Below, piece by piece: positions 1-10,930 of a stretch of DNA of 64,000 nucleotides. This DNA comes from the human T2T-CHM13v2.0 reference genome, Homo sapiens. Position 1 is the stretch's first letter. The number at the start of each line of letters is the position of its first letter. The notes under the pieces are model-generated. The model saw nothing but the letters and a program-made list of their open reading frames with translations, had not been told where the DNA came from and did no database searches. The stretch lies in NCBI RefSeq assembly GCF_009914755.1, contig NC_060939.1; one strand, 5' to 3'. Position numbers and translations under genes: made by a program.

Positions 1-509
1 AAATAATGCCATAAAGCAAATAGTCTCATATGTTCTAGGTAAGGCATCTGGGTAGTTTTTAAAGACTTTTTTTCTTCTTAAAATATGATGATCCAATGTA
101 GTGCTAATGAAGGTGGTAAAATCCACTACAAAATCTGAGTCATGAAGAAAAAGTTCAAAACTCTTTGACACAGTTCAGTAGAAGAGGCACCAAGTGCCTT
201 TAAAATATCATGTTATCAAGCCCAGCTGCTATGAGGTTGGATAATTCCAAACCAGGGTCTAGGCAATTTATCCCAGTTGCATACTAGTAGCCCACCTATT
301 CTGGCTGATTTGATATTAGCTTGGAAAGGCAGTTTTGGGCTAAATAGTGCTGGGGCTTACAGTAAGTTCATTTTAAACTTTCAGCTGACATGAAAACATT
401 TATACTGAGAAGTTACATAACTACATAGGCAAATGGCTACTTAAATGCATGCATCTTTATTTGATTCCTGAACCACAAGAGGTAATGATGATGATAACCA
501 TAATAATGA

Positions 510-655
510 CAAAAACTAACAGTATTTAATATCTACAGGCGTTGTATTAGGTGTATTGACTGCATTATCTCATTCTCACAACATCCAGAGGCCGCCTTTT
601 GTTTTATTACGCCTATTTTACATATGAATAAATTGAGGCTGAGAGAAGTGAAAAA
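510..655 (-). mobile_element. MIR SINE fragment
   Basis: Degenerate MIR core in reverse orientation (tctcacaac...tattttacatatgaataaattgaggctgagagaagtg). Confidence 0.6.
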
Positions 656-3600
656 ACTGGGCTTTCTGAATTGAGTGAAAATTTGGGCTCTACTGAGTAT
701 CAGAAACATTCTGGGATAACAAATGGAATCATCCTGCTCTGCTGTGATTATTGGCTCTTAGCAGCAGTGCAGCTTTAGGAATCAATACAGTGCACGAGTT
801 CTATAAATGTGCCTCTTAATAAGTTAATAAAACAGAGATATTCTCATTGCCTCTCCATCAAAGTTTCAGGGGAAAAATGAGAATATTAAATGCAGTAGGA
901 TAGGGAAGATCTGCTCCATTTGCTCTGCAATGATAATCTTTTACAAAAGAGGATTTTTATTATTAATTCTTTGCCTTCTGGGGATATTATAATTTTCTAG
1001 AATGTAGAACTGCCTTAAGCACAGTAATTTGCTGAGCTAGACTGAATCTCAAAATGTTTCAAATGAGCTGATAAACAATTGCATAATTAGCCATTAGTAG
1101 ATCAAGTCTGTATGTTACTGATAGCCAGATAAACAAACCAATGGGTAGGCAAATTGTAGATATAGTTTTAAAAACTAAGAGCCTGTGTTTTATTTTTACA
1201 CGCTTTGTAACTTGTTCTTTAAAGAATTAAAAACCACATTTCATTTGCCCTTTAAAAAAAGAAATTTAGGAGATTATTCTATCAAATAAATCCTTAGAGA
1301 CTTAATCATTAAATACATACTGCCATGTATGAATAATGAAGGATTTGTGTGGTGAATGCAACTCATGCTCTAAAAATGACTAGATGGTGGGATTTTTCTT
1401 TTCAATTAAAACTGGCCTCAAATCTATTGCTTGCATGGGTAATGCTCTTTCATCCTCCTTTTGAGTTTTGGTTTAAGTCCAAAGTATGAAATACATTTGG
1501 CCTTGATTATGAAAATAAAAGGTTTTGCATGTTCAAATAAGAAAAGGAAAATACAGTCAGTTTTTAGGCTTAAACGCTCATACCTTATTCAAGTGGCTGG
1601 CATCCAGTCCAAAATGTATCCATGTTACAATTCAACCTCTCTTTCTTCTCATTTTTCAAGAACTTCTCACTGGATCATACAACACCTGGGCTGGAATTTG
1701 TCATGCAGAGTTACAAGCTAGGTGTAGGATTTTTGTTTATTTGTTTTAATATTAAAATCAACTCAGCAGTTTTGAGGACCCAATAAAGAAAAGAGGAAGA
1801 TTTAATTTAAACAAGGTTATACTTTATGTTCTGAACTCAGAGGTCACAAAGCCAGACAGATAAATGTACCAGCAGAAAGAAAAGCAGCAGCAATTTTCCT
1901 GAAGATTTACAAATTAGAGAATTCATATTTTATCTTAAATGGCTTAGGTGTCCTCCTGTTTGGGGGGCAGACCAGGTATAATTTCTTGAGATTCTTTGCA
2001 GATCAATTATTCTAATTTTTGTCTATTAGTATTTCAGATGTCAGAGCATAGTAAAATGCTAATTTGAAACTGTGCAATGGGCACAAGACGATGTGTGAGC
2101 CTAGCTAGGGAATGGATTTGTCACTACATTTAAAAAACTATTTTGACCTTTGACAATTTTAACAGCCTCTAAAATTTGTATACCCTTCTTATGCTTCCCA
2201 TTATCACTGATCCTCCATTTGATGCCAACTAATAGCCTTATGTAAAATTTTACTGTTGTTGGGCTCAAGTTCTGCTATTATTACAATGATTATTTATCCA
2301 CAATCTGATTTCTATTTTAGTCTCAGCCTTAATTTATTACAGACCTTGAGTCCCTGTTACTGTTTTTATATTTACATTTATTCAACTAGCCCTTTCATTT
2401 TATAAATTGGCATTCATTGTATTTGCATATTTGCATAGTTGCACAAATAGACCATTTATATCCTCTACGTTAGAGGCATAAGGTCATCTAGGTTCTCAAT
2501 CCAACAAGGAGTGCCAATTTCTTTGTCCAAAAGTGTGCCGGCTGAATTCAGTTCATGATGAAAAAACAAGACCTTTGATTCATAAGGTATCAGCAATAAT
2601 TGCTTTGGTGTTTTTTGAAGGCACTGGAAACATTTTCAACTATTTTATAATGTTCTGACTTTGTCAGGAACATTTTGCCTTCATGTATTTGATAGGTAAT
2701 CTTATCTGTATATTTTGTATCCTTTTGTTCTAAACTCATAAAAATGACACCAGTATTCTACAACATCCAAGATACCTCATTAGGATTTTATTAATGAACC
2801 TTTTAAAGGCAATCCCTCCCTAAAAGGGAAATTACATTTGGTTCAGAATAAATGAACTCACACAATTAAAGATCTGAGTTGATTTAAGGCTACGCAGCTG
2901 AGAAACTTAAGCAGATTTCAAATTTGGAGGAATATACCGTCATGGCCCCAGATAAGAATATTATTCCTAATTTGATTATACTTTCACAACATGCAATGCT
3001 ATATTTTCAGAATTAGGTAAATACAGAAATATGGGTCATTACTGGGTTTCAGTTTTATGCATAAATAAAATGTTAGGGAAAAAGTTTCACTGAATTTTAT
3101 TTTAATCCTTTGTCACCTCATCTCTCTGACATTATAAATCCCACTGACATTATAAAGCAAACCACAGTTTTGCTATTAATGAGACATACAAAACAGCTTG
3201 TCTGGCATTTGATTCCTATAAAAACTTTGAGGTCAAAAGTTATTTCTCACTAATGCATAACTGTAATGGATATTGAATACTTGGGCTAGGCTTTTGATCT
3301 GGAAGGATTTTGAAAAATCTTTTTTATAATGGACAATGTTTGTATTTTTATATTAAAAGACTCATAAAACCAAATGAAAACACAATTGACAGTACTATAA
3401 TCAAAGGAGGAAAAAAGACCTCCAACCATTTAAGTAAGTTGTTTCCTTACAAATGTAGATGGAAAAATACTGCAAAATAAACTACCAAAATCAAAAGTTA
3501 ACAGACCATGATCATAACTGTCATTTATTTCTGACTTGTATGAGGAAATAAGTAAAAAGTACAGGCAAAGGAAAATGCGAACCCAAATTTTGATGAACAA

Positions 3601-3663
3601 ATTTCACAGTAGATAATTCTTCTGCTTTTGGATTTTTGCCATCAAAATATAGTTAATAATTAA

Positions 3664-4130
<467 letters not shown>

Positions 4131-4360
4131 GCGAATAAGTTATTAAACAGTGTGTGTGAATTGTTTTAATTATTTTACTAAAACCAGCAGTGAGGATAAT
4201 GATTACTTGCATTTAAGCTTTGCTGCATTAATCCTGTAAAAATATTCATGTTGAAGTATGGTGGTTCCATAAAAAATTAAACAGAATTATCATATGATCT
4301 AGCAGTCCGACTTCTGAGTATATAAACAAAAATAACTGAAAGTAGAGACTTCAACAGATA

Positions 4361-5585
4361 TTTATTTATTTTTTTTTTTGAAATCAACAAGTATTTATTG
4401 AGTGCCTATTATGTGCTAGATATTGAGACACATCAGAGAACAAAACCAAGAGCCCTGCCCTTGTGGGGTTTACAGTCTAGCACTTAGTGCCAGTTTACCT
4501 GCAGGCTACCTGGAGCCCGGGTCAAGTCACTGCCCCTCTGTTCCTCGGTCTGCAGCTGCCCAATGGGAGAATAAGCAGACGTGGCTCAAACGTGGATCAC
4601 GTGCCTGGTGTACTGCAGATGTCAAACTGGATTCCCCACAACCCACCGCCCAGACAGTAGATAGGGCTGGAAGTTGATTTTTAATGATAAAGTACAATGG
4701 AGGGAGGGCAGAGGGGCTAAGCCAACTGTCTGGGGAGCTGTGGTGGTGATGGGCTGGCTACACAAACTGCTGCTACTGCTGCTGCTTCTTGGTGGCCGCC
4801 TTGCTGGCGAGGTCCTTGGCCTTCTCTGTAGCTGCCAGGGCCGTCTCCTTTGCCTTCTCCTTGGCTTCCCTGGCTGTCTTAATAAGTGTTTTGGAAGCAG
4901 CCTCGCCTTGCAGCTTCGTCAAGATATATTCAAGACCCTTAAAAGTCTTGGTCACGTTGCTTTTGAACTGGGCAAGACCAAATTCCCAGACAGCTCTGGA
5001 GACACCGCATAAGCTAGAGGAGACCCACGCTTCCCGGCGGATTTCGGTCCAGCCACTGTTGTCAGAGTTCACACAGTAAACACATCGTTCCTCCACCACC
5101 ATCGGCCGGGCGTGGTTGATGTTCCAGGTGAAGGTGGTCATGGTCTGATTCTGTGGGTCCACAACAGAGTCCTCCAATATGTATGTACACCGAGTGAGCC
5201 ACATTGGCAGGAAACAGTCGCTCGGCCCAGCGGGGCATCCTGTCGGTCTTGGTCATGAGTCGCCGGGACAGCAGTTTCTGGTCAGGGGTCACCTCCCGGT
5301 GTACTATGTCTTCCGTCAAGATATGTTTGCCACAGGGATTCGGGTACCGCTGCCAAAAGGCGGCGAACACTTGGTCCCAGGAACTGCGGAGCACGCCCTG
5401 GCCCAGTAAATACTTCACCATCGTCCCGGCCGGAGCGGGCTCAGCACCCGCTCAGCATCAGGGGTGTGGAGCCTGGGAGGCACGCGGGGGCCGGGCCGGG
5501 GCTCGGCGCGCACCCGCCGCCAGGCTCGTAGCTCAGTCACCACCGCACCGCGCCCAAACAGCTGCCGCTGCCGCCGCCATGAGTT
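4361..5585 (-). pseudogene. PRELID1P: Processed pseudogene of PRELID1 (PRELI domain-containing protein 1). CDS remnant 5421->4758, 5'UTR 5585-5422, 3'UTR 4757-4380, poly(A) about 4361-4379. The paralogue number cannot be assigned from sequence alone.
   Basis: ORFs 5421..5062 (MVKYLLGQGVLRSSWDQVFAAFWQRYPNP...) and 5204..4773 (...EDSVVDPQNQTMTTFTWNINHAR...KAKDLASKAATKKQQQ) are the N- and C-terminal parts of PRELID1. Intronless, AATAAA at 4394-4399 (minus), poly(A) tail, TSD cagatatttatt, 4-bp duplication frameshift at 5178-5185, TAG at 4773-4775 in the polyQ tail. Confidence 0.97.
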
Positions 5586-6083
5586 CAGATATTTATTTTT
5601 TTTTCTGGTCAGGAGACTGGATTCAAATGAACAGATATTTGTGCATCAATAGTAAGATTATTCACAATGGCCAAAAGATAGAAATGACCCAAATGTTCAT
5701 TGGCAGATGAATGGATAATCAAAATGTGGTATATACACACAATGGAATATCATTCAGCCTTAAAAAGGAATAAAATTCTAATTCATGCAATAATAACCTT
5801 AAAGACATTATGCTAAATAAAATATACGCCACACAAAATGAGGAATATTGTATGATTCCACTTATATGAGGTATGTAGAGTTGCCAAATTCATAGAGACA
5901 GCGTGTGGAATAGTGGTTATCAGGAGCTGAGGGGAGGGGAGGACTTGGAGTTATTGTTTAGTGGGTACAGAGTTTCGGTTTGGGATGATGAAAAAGTTCT
6001 GGAGATGGATAGCAGTGATGGCTGCACAACAACATGAGTGCACTTAATGCCAGTGAATTATACACTTAAAAATGACTACAGTT

Positions 6084-6734
<651 letters not shown>

Positions 6735-9700
6735 TCACAAAAAACATTCATATTGGGTAACAAAAATTATTTAATATTGAAGCTTTTTAAACAGTGTGGT
6801 AGAACTCTGAAATTTACAAGGATTTGGAGATCTTTGTGAATCCCTAATTTTATAAGTATGAAAGTGTTCTGACTTTATTCTAACTTCCAGCTTTCTCTCC
6901 CTTGATAGTTCTTTCTCATACATATCCTCCCAACACACAAAAAACAAATTCAATGTTCATTGACTTTTTTTTTCCATAGTATGCATTTATTGCATTGTTA
7001 GGGACATGAGAATTTCTCCCTGAAATGGTTTTCTTTTGCTTTGCCTAGAAAGTTCTGTGAATTCTTTCATGTTACATATCTGATCTGCCATCAAATTCAA
7101 CATGCTACTATTTAATCTATTGGAAATTTCTATTTTCAGGCTAAAACAGATTTTTTCTCTGAATTACTTTCCTTCCTCTTTATTTCTATCAAGAGCTCTA
7201 GCAGTTGGCTTTCTTCTTTGAGCCAATTTTTGCCCATAAATCATCATGACAGTTACTATGAGAAACAAGTAAAAAACAAAGATGAATAGTAATGAAAGTG
7301 CTAGATGATAAGATATGAATACTGGACAGTCAGCTAGGTTCATTGGCTGGTTAAATGATGCTTCTTGAAAGTATCTGTGATTCTAACTCTTGCTTCAGGA
7401 AAATTACAAATCAGTACTAATACAGGTTCATATTTGCAAAGTTCTAAGAACAGTATCTGACACATAGTAAATATATAATTTTAAATACAAAATACATGTT
7501 AGGGGTCTTTAGCAAATCAGAATCAATATACAAAGATCATCAGACCTAAAAAATACCAAAGCTGAGTTTATTGCTGGACAGACATGGAGGAGCTTCATCA
7601 CTGAGATGCAAGTTAGAGGGTCCCAACCAGGAACTGAAAGGCTAGATGTAGGGCAAAAAAAGAGAGTATAACAAACAGGGAAAGATTTTGAGTTCACGTT
7701 TCTGACTGATCCATAAGGTGGACTGTTAACTCTTCTTATGATTAATATATTCAGGTTCCATGGCACCCATACTGAGAAAACTGGTTTCAAGTAAGTCTGG
7801 GTGAGTTGCATAAGATTCAGTGGACCTAGGTTCATTCGATGGATGTCTTAAGCATATGAACATGTTTGAAATGCAGTGTGTTTCTTATAAGCAAAGTGTC
7901 TCAAAAATGTAAAAATCATTAACATTTAATTTATGATTGCTGAGGATCTTTGCATTTTTCCAATAAAAATACGGATAGAATAACAGTGAGAAAGTGGCCA
8001 CGGATTTACAGATGCTCTAAAATATGATATAAGGAGTTTTTAAAAGCCTTCCACAGGAGTTTCTGAAGTCAGCTCTATCTTTTGATGAACCCATATAATT
8101 AAGAAGTTCCCTGGTAAAAGAAGCCATGAGCACTTAGGAAGAGTAGAATTTACTCAGTGGGCTTACCCTATTTAATTGAAATTGCAACAATAGTATGAGG
8201 ATTTAGTAATATTTCTCTATTCTCCTAGAACACCAGATAGAAAATTTCAGTGTTTCATTCTGCAATGTATAGTAATTTTTGTGTGTGTGTCAACATTCCC
8301 CAGCTTTACTTCAGGTCCCTGAGCTAGTATCTGTCTAGAATACATGCTCGGTAAATACTAGTTGAATGAATATATCAATATATGAACAGACTGACATTTC
8401 TCTTTCCTTTATTCACCAAAAATAGTAAGTAGGAGCTGACCTATTTGTTCCTTTCGGACTGGCACCAAAAATCTAAGTTTTTTTCTGAGTGGAATGACCA
8501 GTTTCATAGAGGAAAGCTCCAGAGTCAGACAAGCCACAAAATAAAAACTGATTTAAACTGGAGACTTAGGGGAAGAAAACACCAAAAGTTGAAATGATGG
8601 CATTAAAAAAATAATTAGAAAAGGTAAGACATGTTTTATAGAAGGAAGGCTTCCATGGAAACAAAAAATGAATCTACTGTTTTACCAGCTTTTTCTGCAT
8701 AAAGGATAGATTTAAAAATTATGCTTAGAAAAATAATGAGTAAGACTGTAGAGATGAAAACATTGTATTATATATATTTAATTTAAACATTTTAAGATAG
8801 TGAATTAAGGCATTATTTTCCCATTAAAGAATGTTTCCATTTTAAGCTTGGGGGAATAGCAGGTTTTTCTTGCCACATGGTAAGTGATTCTTATGCTATA
8901 GCCATTAGAAATTCCCCCATCATCCCTGAGTGGGTAATTGTTACTTGAAATAGCTCTTTCAGGGTGATTATTATAAAATATACCTGTCTTCTGTTGATCT
9001 ACTGCTTTATTTATCTCATGTTAAAAGATCTTTAGGAACCCTTCTATCATTAATGGACAAATTCCATTTTACAGATACATCCATTAGTTGCCAGGAATAA
9101 TTGTGATCCGATTAAAGTATAACCATTTAAGACAAATTCACACATTAAATGCTTAGTACCGTACATTGTTAAAGACTTATATCTCCAGACCCAGTTTTTT
9201 TTTTTTTTACTTGATAGAAGACAAAAAATGAGACCTCAAATAGTGGATGGATCTTCTCTTGTCTAGACTGGAGGAAAAAAGGTCTAAAAAATAAGCATAT
9301 TGCTTGAGAAATCCTTCCAGAAGGGTGTTCGAGGATCAATGTAGATGTTATGAAGTAACAAAGTATTACAGATCTCTTTGAGATGGAGGGAAGCTCATTA
9401 AAAAGAAAAACAGAAAGAATAGATCTCAAATGGGTATTTAAGGAAATAAACATGACAAACTATTTCTTATATTTATGAGGTGATTCTCAGAAAGATTAAA
9501 GCTAATTTGTTATTCTCATAATAACTATTTCCATGCGATTAAGATCATAAATAGAATTTGTTTTCACAAGGGGCAGTATTGGAGAGGCAGAAAGAGAAAC
9601 ATGCCAATATTTAGCAAAATTTATGCATTAGATTGTAAACACCTTGAAGGCAGGGGCCTAATTAACTCCATGCCTTATCCTCAGAGCCTAAAGTTGATTC

Positions 9701-10344
9701 TGACAAATGTTATTACTCAATAAATTCTTGCTGAATGAATAATTTAAATTAGCACATGACAGTTTTCCTAATCTCAGTGGAGAATCCACAACCTACAAAT
9801 GTGCTAAATTCCAAAAGGATTTTGAGGCAGATTGCAACTTAAAATACATGTCTCCACAGAAAATGATATCATGGATGGTGCCGGGGTTGGAAAATCAGCA
9901 CATGAAAGTCATTTAACCCACAATGCAGCAGAAACATTACATATTTGAAATGAACAAGTAGCAGGAAAATAATACTGCAGCAATAAAACCAAAGAGAGAA
10001 ATCATAAAATTGAATAAAAAGTTAAATTTTTCTTGTCTCTCTGTGCTTGGAGAGAAGTAGATTTAAGTATAAGAAGATGAAGAGATGTATAGAAATTGTC
10101 ATGGAGAGGCTTATTTTCTTAAGGAATTTTAGAAGCTGATGGCTCTTAAAAATTATGTAGAATTTCCCTTCAAAACATAACCCTACTTATTCATGATAAA
10201 AGTCTTTGATAATACTATTTTAATGCTTATCAGTCAAGATTAAAATGATTTTTTAAAACTCAAAAGTGGAATGGTGAGAAGGGAAAAGAAACAAGTGAAG
10301 AAAAATCAAGTAAACCAACAACAAAGATGAAAATATTATAAAAC

Positions 10345-10930
10345 GTATTAATCTAGTACTCCCTGTGCTCCAGACACTGAGGATAGATACAAAAGTGGAT
10401 GAAAACAGTCCCTGCCCTCAAGAAACTTCAAGCATAGTAAGGGAAGTCAAACTCATAAAAAAACTAAGTGTAATAGTCATTATAGAAACTACAAAAGAGG
10501 TAACTGGGATACAATAGGGCCAACAAGAAGGTGGCCAGAGCCTCTTGAGACCGTTGGTGAACCAGGCTTGTGAATCTTAAAAGAGGAGGAGTTTCTTTGC
10601 CGGCAGATAGAGTGAGAGCAATTCAGGCTCAGGGAACAGGGTGAGCCGAGGAAAGTGTGCGAAGTGCAGAGGCCGAATGGAAGGGAGGTGATGCACTGGG
10701 ACATGGGAATGGAGGGGCAGGCCAGGGCTGGAGCAAGAAAGGGTTCTGTGGTCCCCATGGGAAGCAGCCTGTCTTAAGTCTACAGACCCCTGGAAACTTA
10801 GGGGGTTTTAAGCATGGAAATAACATGACCAAGTGGACATTTTAGAAAGGTCACTCTGATAGCATTATGGAGGATGGATGGTAGGTGTGAAATACTGGTA
10901 GCAGAGAAACCTGTTAAAAAACTTCAAGGG
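10345..10930 (-). mobile_element. L2 LINE 3' fragment
   Basis: Antisense L2 motifs (cagtccctgccctcaag; ttttaagcatggaaataacatgacc...ttttagaaaggtcactctg). Confidence 0.7.

Noticed and set aside
3126-3156. 13-bp repeat ctgacattataaa; also an 18-bp repeat at 62642-62683
   Set aside because: Ordinary short slippage duplications.
5605-5629. tRNA 3'-end interpretation of the mini-insert (TTTGAATCC...ACCA)
   Set aside because: No convincing T-stem pairing and a G follows the CCA; too short to call an RNA gene.
4423-5710. Plus-strand ORFs over the pseudogene (4423..4677, 4674..5012, 4789..5079, 5179..5409, 5204..5710, 5464..5652)
   Set aside because: Antisense shadows of GC-rich PRELID1 sequence; no independent homology recognisable.
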